This document shows, one piece after another, positions 55,577-64,000 of a stretch of 64,000 nt of DNA; the stretch's first letter is position 1; every line of letters starts with the position of its first letter. Location: positions 1,244,095-1,308,094 of the forward strand of contig OZ244064.1 of NCBI GenBank assembly GCA_965215425.1, given 5' to 3'. The translations under genes and the position numbers were made by a program. Origin of the DNA: Dehalococcoidia bacterium. Its GTDB lineage: Bacteria; Chloroflexota; Dehalococcoidia; Lucifugimonadales; UBA3495. Below the pieces are notes generated by a model that was not told where the DNA came from, searched no databases, and saw only the letters and a list, made by a program, of their open reading frames with translations.

Positions 55577-56037
55577 TTCTTTCCCACCTCGTCGGGTTTT
55601 TTCATCTGGTAAGTGCGCAGTTTTTCCAGCAGGCGGCCGTCCTCGTCCTCGGCGGTGGCCTCGATGACCATGTAGGGCTTGTCCCGCCGCAGGTACTTGT
55701 CGTGGATACGCCCGGTAACCTTTATTCGCTTGCCGGGAATGGGCGGATTGAAGAACTCCACTTCGTTGCCGGCGTTCACCCCGCCGGTTTGGTCATCGTA
55801 AACCATATTGAAGGCGGTGGCGTCGTGCTTGACCGCCAGGGTCGGGAAGGAGGCGTCCGGGTCCGCCACCGAAGCGCGGAAGGCGTCCAGCATCTCCTGA
55901 GTCAACACGTATTCGTAGGAACCCAGCTCCTCGCCAATCTCAATATCGTCATAGTTGAAGGGCTTCAACTCTGCGTCGGCCATATACTCCACCCCTGGTT
56001 CATAGTTGCCTATACCATACTTGACGGAAAGGGGCAA
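55558..56037 (-). CDS. MaoC-N-like hotdog protein (partner subunit)
   Basis: 159 aa with a hotdog-fold pattern. Overlaps the downstream MaoC gene by 19 nt. The heterodimer arrangement resembles HadAB-type dehydratases. Confidence 0.65.
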   Translation of the reverse strand: MPLSVKYGIGNYEPGVEYMADAELKPFNYDDIEIGEELGSYEYVLTQEMLDAFRASVADPDASFPTLAVKHDATAFNMVYDDQTGGVNAGNEVEFFNPPIPGKRIKVTGRIHDKYLRRDKPYMVIEATAEDEDGRLLEKLRTYQMKKPDEVGKKWHPQS

Positions 56038-56166
56038 GTCAATTGCGGGAGGCGAGAACCGCGGGTTCTTTCGACAGCAGGCGACAGCAAGTTCTTTAAC
56101 GGTTGAGGGCGAAAATCTAAAGGCCCGGCTGGGAAGGGATAATCCACCGGGCCGCCAGGCCGGCGT

Positions 56167-56652
56167 TTACTGTTGCAATGGGCGGGTTACAAGCTCCAAC
56201 TCGTCCAAAACTTCGGTGAACAGGGGAAACTGGTATCGGAATAACCTCTCGTAACCGGCTTCCTCTCCGGTCAGCGGGTTGAAAACCCGGTGATGGTATT
56301 CAGCATCATTCCGGTGAACGTTGTGGTAGCGGAGTACCCGATGGCCGCCCTGGACCCAGGCGGCATAACGGTAGGAATAGCAGCGCACTTTGCGGAGGTG
56401 GCCGAAGTATTGGCTCTCGTACCACTTCTCCATTTCCAGCGCCACGCTCTGAAAACAGTAAACCCGGCCCTGCAAGGAAAGAACACCCTCGTCTCCCGTT
56501 TCCAGGAACTTCAGGGTGTTCGGAGTGGAGTGGTCTATGAAAGGATGCTCGCTTATCCGCCGTTCGTGGATATTCCGGTAGTGATCCCAGGTATTCCAGT
56601 CGTGGGGGTCGTTCCTTTCAGGGATTGACGCACGTGATAGGCTTGCATCCAC
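56167..56652 (-). CDS. DUF6516 / TumE-like protein
   Basis: VLRYHNVHRNDAEYHHRVFNPLTGEEAGYERLFRYQFPLFTEVLDEL resembles the RYDN...GDH.H...E..Y.F core of TumE-family toxins as I remember it. GTG start, with about 50 aa of N-terminal extension. Confidence 0.5.
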   Translation of the reverse strand: MDASLSRASIPERNDPHDWNTWDHYRNIHERRISEHPFIDHSTPNTLKFLETGDEGVLSLQGRVYCFQSVALEMEKWYESQYFGHLRKVRCYSYRYAAWVQGGHRVLRYHNVHRNDAEYHHRVFNPLTGEEAGYERLFRYQFPLFTEVLDELELVTRPLQQ

Positions 56653-56807
56653 TCGAGTAACTCCTCAGTCTCTTGAACCTGGCCTTCGGATAGCTGCCGG
56701 CTCATTTTCTCCGAGGACATTCGGTAGCGTTCCTTGCAAGCCTGGATACGGCGTTCCAGGTCGGCCTGCATTGCTTCAAGGGTGACGGTTACCACCGGGA
56801 TTGCCAT
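56553..56807 (-). CDS. small coiled-coil protein (putative antitoxin-like partner)
   Basis: 84 aa. LEAMQADLERRIQACKERYRMSSEKMSRQLSEGQVQETEELLEWMQAYH. The 3' 100 nt overlap the TumE-like ORF in another frame. Confidence 0.45.
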   Translation of the reverse strand: MAIPVVTVTLEAMQADLERRIQACKERYRMSSEKMSRQLSEGQVQETEELLEWMQAYHVRQSLKGTTPTTGIPGITTGISTNGG

Positions 56808-56860
56808 CGCTTACCTGCCTGTGTCGTACATTCCAATCCAGTCAGCGCCCAATACCAGCA

Positions 56861-56888
56861 AATTACAATAGCAACCCCAATACGGTCA
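56861..56888 (-). promoter_or_regulatory. candidate promoter for the small-ORF/TumE-like pair
   Basis: On the minus strand: TTGACC, 16-nt spacer, TGTAAT. Confidence 0.4.
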
Positions 56889-57191
56889 ACCCCCTTCAGC
56901 TTTTCAGGAGTTCTCAATCCACTCCGGAGTTCCCCGCGAATACCACCGGCTGGCGCCACCAGTCCATCCAGCAGCTGGGCAATCCGCACAGCATCGGGCA
57001 AGTCATCGATACCCCGCGAATGCCGCGGGCGGGCCGGGTAAAGGATACCGACGCGGGGCGAGGGGGTTGAGAAGGCCGGCCGGCCCGGTCCCGGTTTGCC
57101 GGCTGTACCCTATAGCCCCGCCGCCGTTGATGCTCTATAATCGGGTAGGCTGGATAAAAGATAAAAATTATTGATTTGGCAGGAAGAGCTC

Positions 57192-58019
57192 ATGGATTTG
57201 CAGTTTGACCGTGGCGACTACCTCCGGCCCAGGGGCCACGCCCTGGTTTATTTCCGGGTGGACACCGAGCCGGACCTGCTGTATGCCACCTACGTGGTGA
57301 TCCTGCCGGTGAAGGCCGACTTCGGCAAGTACGTGCCGCCGTTTCTGGCCTCCCACCTGGGCAACCTGTCCCTGAACGACTTTTCCGCCTTTGCGATGCC
57401 CCCGGTTCCGGAGCCGGTGGACGGCTACCGGGAATTGGAACGACTGAGCGAACTGCGGGGGGATGACCTGATCTTCGGCGCCAGTATGTTCTCCTTTGAC
57501 CTGCCCCGGATGATGGAATCCACTACCGATGCGGTGCAGTCGTACTCCCGACTGTGCGCCGACTACTTCGACCGGGGCCGCGCCGCCGCGCCACCACTGC
57601 GGGAAGGCGGCGCTCCCGGCGCAGCGGCGACAGCGGAAGCGGGAACGGGAACGGAAACCGGCGCCGAGTCGGACGCCTCCTACCAGGTCAACGAGGTCCT
57701 CTTCAGTCTGATGAGCGAGCGGGACAAGCTGGCCGAATTGGCCCGGCTGCTGGGCAAGCTCCAGTTCGCTCAGGAGGGGCAGGACGACGGTATGACCGGC
57801 GAGGTAACCGAAGAGATAACGGCGTTGGCCCGGCACCTGCCCGAGGAGTTCCAGGTGCTGAACCTGCTGGCCGCCGCCCGGGACGCCACCGCCCAAGGCT
57901 CCCGCCTGGCCCAGCTTTACCTGGACCGCTGCTTCCGCCTCTCCGACGGCGACGCCAGCAGCGCGCAGGTTCTGGAAGCGCAGATAGCGGAACTGCGGGG
58001 GCAAGCGGAAGAACGTTAA
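57192..58019 (+). CDS. hypothetical protein (no family recognised)
   Basis: Protein-like composition: MDLQFDRGDYLRPRGHALVYFRV...YVVILPVKADFGKYVPPFLASHLG..., then an acidic helical C-terminal half. AGGAAGAG lies upstream of ATG 57192; the listed TTG 57171 is also possible. Confidence 0.55.
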   Translation: MDLQFDRGDYLRPRGHALVYFRVDTEPDLLYATYVVILPVKADFGKYVPPFLASHLGNLSLNDFSAFAMPPVPEPVDGYRELERLSELRGDDLIFGASMFSFDLPRMMESTTDAVQSYSRLCADYFDRGRAAAPPLREGGAPGAAATAEAGTGTETGAESDASYQVNEVLFSLMSERDKLAELARLLGKLQFAQEGQDDGMTGEVTEEITALARHLPEEFQVLNLLAAARDATAQGSRLAQLYLDRCFRLSDGDASSAQVLEAQIAELRGQAEER

Positions 58020-58068
58020 GAACTTTAAGACCGTCAAGACCGTCAAGACCGTTAGCGCGGCGACCGGG

Positions 58069-58125
58069 GCCCGGGGGATCTTCCCCCGGGCTTCAGGTTC
58101 CATATTTCTTTATTTCTTTTCGTTT
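58069..58125 (+). terminator. intrinsic terminator
   Basis: A 10-bp stem, GCCCGGGGGA-tct-TCCCCCGGGC, followed by a T-rich tract (...TATTTCTTTATTTCTTTTCGTTT). Confidence 0.55.
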
Positions 58126-58238
58126 GAAAACCGGGTTTAAGCCCCGTAGCCCCCTGGCTGCACCCCCTGGTTGCAGTAGTAGGCGTGCGGATCTCGCCGC
58201 CGAACCCTGAAATCAAACGTAACTCTCCCGGCGCAACT

Positions 58239-58268
58239 TTGACACCCCATCCCCCGCCGGGTTATACT
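58239..58268 (+). promoter_or_regulatory. candidate glyA promoter
   Basis: TTGACA (58239-58244), 18-nt spacer, TATACT (58263-58268). Confidence 0.5.
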
Positions 58269-58313
58269 GCCTACCTATTTCCCATCACCAACCAAAGGCA
58301 GGTCGTTATTGTG

Positions 58314-59558
58314 ATGTCCCTGTTGGCCCGGCAAGACCCGGAAGTGGCCCGCGCCATCCAGCTGGAGGATGAGCGCCAGCGTAACTGCGTCGTCCTCATC
58401 GCCTCGGAAAACTACGCCAGCAAGGCGGTGCTGGAGGCCCAGTCCGGCGTGATGAACAACAAGTACGCCGAGGGCTACCCCGGTCGCCGCTACTATGGCG
58501 GCTGTGAGCACGTGGACGTAGTGGAAAGCCTGGCGATACAACGGGCCAAGGAGCTGTTCGGCGCCGAACACGCCAACGTGCAGCCCCACAGCGGGGCCCA
58601 GGCGAATATGGCCGTCTATTTTGCCCTGCTGGAGCCGGGAGATACGGTGCTGGGCATGGAACTGGCCCACGGCGGCCACCTGACCCACGGCGCCGGAGTC
58701 AACTTCTCCGGCAAGCTCTACAACTTCGTTCCCTACGGCGTCGACCGGGACACCGAGCAAATTGACTATGACGTGGTGGAACGGCTGGCCCGGGAACACC
58801 GGCCCAGGCTGATTGTCGCCGGGTGCAGCGCCTACGCCAGAACGCTGGACTTCCCCCGCTTCCGGGCCATCGCCGATGCGGTGGACGCCACCCTGATGGT
58901 GGATATGGCCCACATCGCCGGGTTGATTGCCGGCGGCGCCCATCCCTCGCCCTTTCCCCACGCCCACGTGGTTACCTCCACCACCCAGAAAAGCCTGCGC
59001 GGGCCTCGGGGCGGGTTCATTCTTTGCGCCGCCGACCTGGCGCGCAAAATCGATTTTGCGGTATTTCCCTTCATGCAGGGCGGGCCGCTGATGCAGGCCA
59101 TCGCCGCCAAGGCCGTCTGCTTCGGCGAGGCCCTCCGCCCCGAATTCGCCCGCTACGCCAACCAGGTGGTGGTCAATGCCGGGGTGATGGCGGCCGAAGT
59201 GTCCGAGGCCGGCCTGCGGCTGGTCTCCGGCGGTACGGAAAATCACCTGATCCTGGTGGACTTAACCCCCCTGGGCCTGACCGGTCAGGCGGCGGAAACC
59301 GCTTTGGAATCGGTGGGTATCATCGCTAACAAGAACGCCATACCCTTTGACCCCAAGCCGCCCCGGGTCGCCAGCGGCCTGCGCCTGGGAACCCCGGCCA
59401 TCACCAGCCGGGGCATGGCGGAAGTGGAAGTCAAGGAAGTGTCCCGGTTGATTGCCCAGACCCTGAACCAGATCGGCGATGCCCGGGCGCTGGGGCAGGT
59501 CAAGGACTCTGTCAAGGAACTCACCGCCCGTTTCCCGGTTCCGGGGCTGGATTCCTGA
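58314..59558 (+). CDS. glyA: serine hydroxymethyltransferase
   Basis: ASENY...[13 protein letters not shown]...[14 protein letters not shown] (PLP Lys). Start trimmed to ATG 58314. Confidence 0.95.
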   Translation: MSLLARQDPEVARAIQLEDERQRNCVVLIASENYASKAVLEAQSGVMNNKYAEGYPGRRYYGGCEHVDVVESLAIQRAKELFGAEHANVQPHSGAQANMAVYFALLEPGDTVLGMELAHGGHLTHGAGVNFSGKLYNFVPYGVDRDTEQIDYDVVERLAREHRPRLIVAGCSAYARTLDFPRFRAIADAVDATLMVDMAHIAGLIAGGAHPSPFPHAHVVTSTTQKSLRGPRGGFILCAADLARKIDFAVFPFMQGGPLMQAIAAKAVCFGEALRPEFARYANQVVVNAGVMAAEVSEAGLRLVSGGTENHLILVDLTPLGLTGQAAETALESVGIIANKNAIPFDPKPPRVASGLRLGTPAITSRGMAEVEVKEVSRLIAQTLNQIGDARALGQVKDSVKELTARFPVPGLDS

Positions 59559-59676
59559 CCGGTGGGGACGTTGGCCGGCCTCCCGACTATTGTTCCGGCC
59601 ATCGTCCGGCCTTCCCCCGCGCTCCGGGCCGACCCGGGCCGACGGGAATGGCGGAGAAAGCTCAACCCCCACCCGG

Positions 59677-59705
59677 TTGAGCGGTAAACCGGCCAGTGCT
59701 ATAAT
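59677..59705 (+). promoter_or_regulatory. candidate rpsF operon promoter
   Basis: TTGAGC (59677-59682), 17-nt spacer, TATAAT (59700-59705). Confidence 0.5.
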
Positions 59706-59739
59706 TGGGCGGCGGTTAAAACTTTTACAGGAGCGCCTT

Positions 59740-60321
59740 TTGCGTCATTACGAACTTGTAACCATCCTCAGCCCGATGCTCAGCCAGGACCAGGCCGCCG
59801 AGGCCTGGAGCCAGATTAGCGCCTTTATAACCAGTCGGAACGGGGAGATATTCCAGGAACAGCCTTGGGGTACGCGTCGGTTGGCCTACCCGATTCACCG
59901 GGGAAACCATCACTTTCTGGAGGGCAACTATCGCCTGATCCGTTTCTCCACCGAAAGGCCCTTCAACCAAGCCCTGGAAACCTTCCTGCGCGTGGATGAA
60001 CGGGTGCTGCGCTCGCTGGTGGTGTCCATCCCGGAGCCTACCGTTATCCCCGATGCGACCGCCGCGACCGGCGCGGCGGCTGCCCCGGCAGCGGCCCCGC
60101 CGGTCGCCGCCGTACCGGAAGCAACGCCGGCGGCGGAAGCGCCGGAGCCGGAGCCGGAACCTGGGCCAGAACCGGGCCCGTCAGCGGTGGAAGGGGAAGC
60201 AGCGGCAGCGCCGGTGGAAGCGACGCCCGCGGCAGCCCCCGCCCCGGCAGCGGAACCCCCCACCAGCGGGGAGAACGCCGGGGAAGACGCTGCCCCGGCA
60301 GCGGAACAGTCCTCAACATAG
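59740..60321 (+). CDS. rpsF: 30S ribosomal protein S6 with a long Ala/Pro/Glu-rich C-terminal extension
   Basis: TTG start after CAGGAG. RHYELVTILSP...WGTRRLAYPI...GNYRLIRF, followed by about 95 aa of low complexity. Confidence 0.85.
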   Translation: MRHYELVTILSPMLSQDQAAEAWSQISAFITSRNGEIFQEQPWGTRRLAYPIHRGNHHFLEGNYRLIRFSTERPFNQALETFLRVDERVLRSLVVSIPEPTVIPDATAATGAAAAPAAAPPVAAVPEATPAAEAPEPEPEPGPEPGPSAVEGEAAAAPVEATPAAAPAPAAEPPTSGENAGEDAAPAAEQSST

Positions 60322-60341
60322 GCAGGGTAGGCAGGTCGCGG

Positions 60342-60791
60342 TTGAACAAAATCATTGTCATCGGCAACGTGGGCCGAGACCCGGAAATGCGCTACACGCC
60401 CAGCGGCCAGGGGGTTACCTCTTTCAGCGTGGCCTCCAATCGCCGTTATCGCACCGCCGCCGGTGAGCAACGGGAGGAAACCGAGTGGTTTAACGTCAGC
60501 GCCTGGGGACGCCTGGCCGAAATTTGCAACCAGTACCTGACCCGGGGCCAGCAAGTTTATGTGGAGGGCCGGCTGCGCAGCCGGAGCTACCAGGGAAGCG
60601 ACGGCCAGCCCCGCTTTTCCCTGGAAATTACGCTGACGGAAATGCAGATGCTGGGTTCCCGCGGCTCCGGTATGGAGGAAGACCGCTCTCCCTACGGAAA
60701 TGAGGGCGGCCGGGGCGTGAGTGACTACGGCGGTGGTTATGGCGGAGGCTACGGCGGCCAACGTGACGAAATTGACGACCTGCCCTTCTAG
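60342..60791 (+). CDS. ssb: single-stranded DNA-binding protein
   Basis: NKIIVIGNVGRDPEMRYTPSG...WFNVSAWGRLAE, a Gly-rich tail and the acidic tip DEIDDLPF. Confidence 0.92.
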   Translation: MNKIIVIGNVGRDPEMRYTPSGQGVTSFSVASNRRYRTAAGEQREETEWFNVSAWGRLAEICNQYLTRGQQVYVEGRLRSRSYQGSDGQPRFSLEITLTEMQMLGSRGSGMEEDRSPYGNEGGRGVSDYGGGYGGGYGGQRDEIDDLPF

Positions 60792-60942
60792 GTCCTCGAA
60801 GCGGTATCCCAAAAACCGGGGCCGGCTTGCCGCCCCCGGCTATCGGCGGCGCTAACCGGCTCCCGATAACCAGCCCGAATTACCATAAATCAGCCCTGAT
60901 AGCTATAACCAGCCCTGATACTAACGGAGGAGAAGCACCGGC

Positions 60943-61365
60943 ATGACGACACCTGCCCCGGCGCCCGCGCCGGCAGCCCCGGCGCCCCGAACGTCCCCGG
61001 CTCCCCAGACCCGGCCGGCCCCCGGCGGCCGGCCCGGCCCGGGCGGTCCCGGCGGTTCCTACCAGTCCCGCGGCCCGCGTCCGGCCGGGGGCCCGCGTCC
61101 CGGCGGACGCCCCCGGGGCCGCTACGCCCCCCGGCGGCGCGTCTGTTCCTTCTGTGTGGACCACGTTAAGCTGATTGACTACAAAGACTTTGAGCGGCTG
61201 CGCCGGTACGTATCGGACCGGGCCAAAATCGAGCCGCGCCGCAAGAGCGGGGTTTGCGCCAGGCACCAGCGCGCCCTCAGCCTGGCAATCAAGCGGGCCC
61301 GGCATTTGGCGCTCCTGCCCTTTGTCCCCGTGCAGCAGGCTGTGCGGAGCGGGATGCGCCGCTAA
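60943..61365 (+). CDS. rpsR: 30S ribosomal protein S18 with a Pro/Gly/Arg-rich N-terminal extension
   Basis: The C-terminal core is [59 protein letters not shown]. It is preceded by about 65 aa of low complexity. GGAGGAG SD upstream. Confidence 0.85.
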   Translation: MTTPAPAPAPAAPAPRTSPAPQTRPAPGGRPGPGGPGGSYQSRGPRPAGGPRPGGRPRGRYAPRRRVCSFCVDHVKLIDYKDFERLRRYVSDRAKIEPRRKSGVCARHQRALSLAIKRARHLALLPFVPVQQAVRSGMRR

Positions 61366-61448
61366 CCGGTTGCCGTTGCCGCTCCCTCGGTATATCGAAA
61401 AACCCGTTTAATCCGGCGACGCAGAGGCCCGGAGGGAGACGACAGGAT

Positions 61449-61970
61449 ATGACGACGCTGCCCGCGCCCGGACGAAATACCCCGGAAGGCCACTTGGTCA
61501 TCAGCCGGGATTTCGTCAACCACGCCCGGAATGAGTTGGCCCGGGGCAACCGACTCCAGGCCTCGGAAAAGGTCTGGGGGGCCGCCTCCCATGCCTTGAA
61601 AGCCATCGCCATTCAGCGGGGCTGGCGGCACGGCCACCGCAGTTATATCTTCGCCATTGCCGAGCAGCTGGCGCGGGAATATGACCGGGCCGATTTTACC
61701 AGCAAGCTGGGCACTGCCGACTCGATGCACGGCAACTTTTACTCCAACGAACAGGGTGAGCCGGCTATTGGCAATGCCATCGCCGAAGTTGAGCGGTTCG
61801 TGGACGATTTGGACGCGGTGTGCGCCGCCCCGCCCCGGCCCTTTACGGTGGAGACCAACGCCGACCAGGACCGCTTGCAGCGGTTGTTGGGCCGGAAGGT
61901 CAATCTAGGCGACCATTCAGCCGCGGGATTCGCTCAAGCTCCCCGGCGGCGCGCCGGGTCTGCCGGGTAA
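61449..61970 (+). CDS. PaREP1-like (HEPN-superfamily-like) protein, copy 1
   Basis: ELARGNRLQASEKVWGAASHALKAIAIQRGW...SMHGNFY matches my memory of the PaREP1 pattern (QASEK.Y.AA..A.KA.A...LH..F). Start trimmed to ATG 61449. Confidence 0.55.
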   Translation: MTTLPAPGRNTPEGHLVISRDFVNHARNELARGNRLQASEKVWGAASHALKAIAIQRGWRHGHRSYIFAIAEQLAREYDRADFTSKLGTADSMHGNFYSNEQGEPAIGNAIAEVERFVDDLDAVCAAPPRPFTVETNADQDRLQRLLGRKVNLGDHSAAGFAQAPRRRAGSAG

Positions 61971-62025
61971 TTCGGAAAACCCGTTTAACCCGGCGACGCA
62001 GCGACCCGGCGAGAGACGACAGGAT

Positions 62026-62547
62026 ATGACGACGCGGCCCGCGCCCGGGCGAAATACTCCGGAAGGCCCCAGGGTTATCAGCCGGGATTTCGTCAACCAC
62101 GCCCGGGACGAGTTGGCCCGGGGCAACCGGCTCCAGGCTTCGGAAAAGGTCTGGGGCGCCGCCTCGCATGCCCTGAAAGCCATCGCCATTCAGCGGGGCT
62201 GGCGGCACGGCCACCGCAGTTATATCTTCGCCATTGCCGCGCAACTGGGAGCGGAGTACGGCCGCCCGGACTTTGCCAGCAAGCTGGGCATTGCCGACTC
62301 GATGCACGGCAACTTTTACTCCAACGAACAGGATGCGGATTCTATTGGCAATGCCATCGCTGAAGTTGAGCGGTTCGTGGACGATTTGGACGCGGTGCGT
62401 GTCGCCCCGCCCCGGCCCTTTACCGTGGAGACCAAAGTTGCTCAAGATCGCTTGCAGCGATTGTTGGGCAAGAGGGTCAATCTAGGCGACCATTCAGCCG
62501 CGGGATTCGCTCAAGCTCCCCGGCGGCGCGCCGGGTCTGCCGGGTAA
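62026..62547 (+). CDS. PaREP1-like (HEPN-superfamily-like) protein, copy 2
   Basis: 173 aa. Differs from copy 1 at about 20 residues by my count. Confidence 0.55.
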   Translation: MTTRPAPGRNTPEGPRVISRDFVNHARDELARGNRLQASEKVWGAASHALKAIAIQRGWRHGHRSYIFAIAAQLGAEYGRPDFASKLGIADSMHGNFYSNEQDADSIGNAIAEVERFVDDLDAVRVAPPRPFTVETKVAQDRLQRLLGKRVNLGDHSAAGFAQAPRRRAGSAG

Positions 62548-62612
62548 TTCGGAAAACCCGTTTAACCCGGCGACGTAGCGACCCGGCGAGAGAAATTAGA
62601 GGTTGAACAAGT

Positions 62613-63815
62613 ATGGCTTTCCCCCAGCCCCCGGCTGAAATCGCTCCCCCGGCCCCTTCCCGCCGCCGGCGCCGGCGGCGGGAACCGAGGGAGGATACCG
62701 GGCGTCAAGCGGCCCGCCGCGCCGAGGAACGCCGCCGCCAGCGCCTGGCGATTACCATCGGCGCGCTACTGATTCTGGCGATTGTCGCCATCGTCGCCGT
62801 GGGCTACTACCGGGAGTTCTACCAGCCGCCCCGGGTTCTGGCCGGACAGGTTCGCGACGTCAAGTTCACTATGGGCGACCTGGTTGACCGAATCCGGGTG
62901 CTTCAGGGAGTCAACCGCTACCAGGGCGGGCGGGTCGATTTGAGCACGGTTCCCTTCGAGTACCTCCAGGATATGATTCACGCCGAAATCTTGCGCCAGG
63001 CTTCCCCGGGCCTCGGTTTTTCCGTTACCGGGGCGGATATTGACGAAGAGCTGCGCCGGCGGTTCCGTCCCACCCCGCGCGAGGGGGTGGAAGTGGATCC
63101 CGGTCAGCTGGACCAGGAATATGAAAACGCCCTGACCAATTTCCAGACCGCCACCCGCCTCTCCGCGGGGGAGTACCGGGTGCTGGTGGAAGAGGACTTG
63201 CTGCGCCGCCAGCTATTTTTAGTCATCAGTTCCAGCCTCCCGGAACCGGTGGAGCAGGTGGAGGCGGCGTGGATTCGTCTGGAACTGGATGGCCCAGTGG
63301 AACCTCAGGAAGTCCGCGACCGGCTGGAGCGGGAGGATTTTGCCGTCGTCGCCGCCGAGGTGCACCGGTCTGCCGGCTTCACCAACCAGCAGGGCTATGC
63401 CGGTTGGGTGCCCCGGGAGGCTTTCTCCGATTTGGATGACGAGCTTTTCGGAAACCCGGAACGGGAAGAGCGGTCGCGCCCGGAGGGCGAGGGCAGCGAC
63501 TCGCCGCCAAGGTGGCAACCACTGGCGGTGGGGGAAATCAGCGAGCCCATCTTCACCCAGGACGGGACCTACATCCTCCACAAAATTTCCGGCCCGGAAG
63601 AACGGGAACTCTCCGACGTTATGGCCTTCCGGCTAACCCAGGAACGGGTTGACCAGTGGTTTGACGACCAGTTGTCCCGGGGTTCCGATGACGGCTGGCT
63701 GAAGATAAACTTCGACAGCGACCGCTACGCCTGGGTAGCCGACCAGGTTCACCTGTCCGCTCCCCGGATCCAGCAATCCCCGCCGGGCCAACCCGCGGGG
63801 CCGGGATTCCCTTAG
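62613..63815 (+). CDS. membrane-anchored SurA/PrsA-like protein with a parvulin-like domain
   Basis: Arg-rich N-terminus, one TM segment (LAITIGALLILAIVAIVAVGYY), a SurA-N-like helical region, and ...GYAGWVPREAF...GEISEPIFTQDGTYILHKI. Confidence 0.5.
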   Translation: MAFPQPPAEIAPPAPSRRRRRRREPREDTGRQAARRAEERRRQRLAITIGALLILAIVAIVAVGYYREFYQPPRVLAGQVRDVKFTMGDLVDRIRVLQGVNRYQGGRVDLSTVPFEYLQDMIHAEILRQASPGLGFSVTGADIDEELRRRFRPTPREGVEVDPGQLDQEYENALTNFQTATRLSAGEYRVLVEEDLLRRQLFLVISSSLPEPVEQVEAAWIRLELDGPVEPQEVRDRLEREDFAVVAAEVHRSAGFTNQQGYAGWVPREAFSDLDDELFGNPEREERSRPEGEGSDSPPRWQPLAVGEISEPIFTQDGTYILHKISGPEERELSDVMAFRLTQERVDQWFDDQLSRGSDDGWLKINFDSDRYAWVADQVHLSAPRIQQSPPGQPAGPGFP

Positions 63816-63832
63816 GCGGGCCGGGGCAGGAC

Positions 63833-64000
63833 ATGAGCGAATATCCTGAAATGAAGGACGAGGCAATAAATATCGGCTTGTTGGGTTTGGGCGTGGTCGG
63901 CGGCGGCGTTGCGGCGGCTCTGCTGAAGCAGCCGGAGGCCATATCCGCCAAAGCGGGCCGCCCGGTTAACCTCAAAAAGGCGCTGGTGCGCAATGCCGCC
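63833..64000 (+). CDS. hom: homoserine dehydrogenase (5' part only; runs off the window)
   Basis: My translation is MSEYPEMKDEAINIGLLGLGVVGGGVAAALLKQPEAISAKAGRPVNLKKALVRNAA, a typical Hom N-terminal NAD fold. Missing from the ORF track because there is no stop. Confidence 0.6.
   Translation, partial: MSEYPEMKDEAINIGLLGLGVVGGGVAAALLKQPEAISAKAGRPVNLKKALVRNAA

Larger units (their letters stand above)
61395..62595. repeat. tandem duplication, period 577 bp, about 2.08 copies
   Basis: TCG(A/G)AAAACCCGTTTAA(T/C)CCGGCGACG starts at 61395, 61972 and 62549. Each full unit carries one 173-aa ORF. Confidence 0.9.

Noticed and set aside
56789-57070. 70-aa (-) and 89-aa (+) ORFs in the gap between the TumE-like pair and the hypothetical gene
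   Set aside because: They have no SD or start context, they overlap each other, and the region is better explained as divergent promoter DNA (TTGACC-16-TGTAAT).
61254-61448. N-terminal 65 codons of listed ORF 61254..61970, overlapping rpsR
   Set aside because: This part overlaps the conserved S18 core in another frame. The duplicated unit shows the real start is the ATG at 61449, equivalent to 62026 in copy 2.

Overview
This is a GC-rich bacterial chromosomal window with dense coding. Third-codon G/C bias is strong enough that nearly every real gene carries a long Gly/Arg/Pro-rich antisense ORF, and I rejected those. My guess from gene content alone is a Chloroflexota- or Actinomycetota-like organism.

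The window spans the replication-origin neighbourhood:
- dnaA lies at 42616-44004, with an IS5-family element inserted exactly at its stop codon.
- A tRNA-Glu(CUC) follows further downstream.
- Seven DnaA boxes plus an AT-rich segment sit at 47454-47760, next to obg-nadD.

Housekeeping genes: gltB-gltD, pyk, aconitase, ferredoxin, glyA, rpsF-ssb-rpsR, rsmI, cyclophilin, PPK2, and the start of hom.

Catabolic and redox genes:
- an LLM-type flavin monooxygenase, a VOC protein and a flavin reductase
- two thiolase/DUF35 pairs, one of them lacking the catalytic residues
- an enolase-superfamily enzyme, an esterase and an amidohydrolase
- two polysaccharide-deacetylase paralogs, a CMD/AhpD-like protein and a MaoC hotdog pair

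Small accessory islets that look lower in GC:
- HigB/HigA
- a reversed-order DarG-like macrodomain plus DarT-like ADP-ribosyltransferase pair
- a TumE/DUF6516-like gene with a small coiled-coil partner
- a tandemly duplicated PaREP1/HEPN-like gene after rpsR
- a lower-GC phosphoribosyltransferase gene

The observations I rate highest:
1. A glutaredoxin-DinB fusion has an in-frame TGA replacing the first Cys of CxxC, followed by a SECIS-like hairpin. It is a candidate selenoprotein.
2. The DarG/DarT-like module has atypical architecture.
3. A cas-less 29-nt repeat / 32-nt spacer mini-array sits at 28764-28916.
4. Several unrelated intergenic loci each carry 12-29-bp boxes repeated at a 59-61-bp period. 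I cannot explain this with known element types.

All calls come from reading the sequence and ORF translations. No database searches were run.
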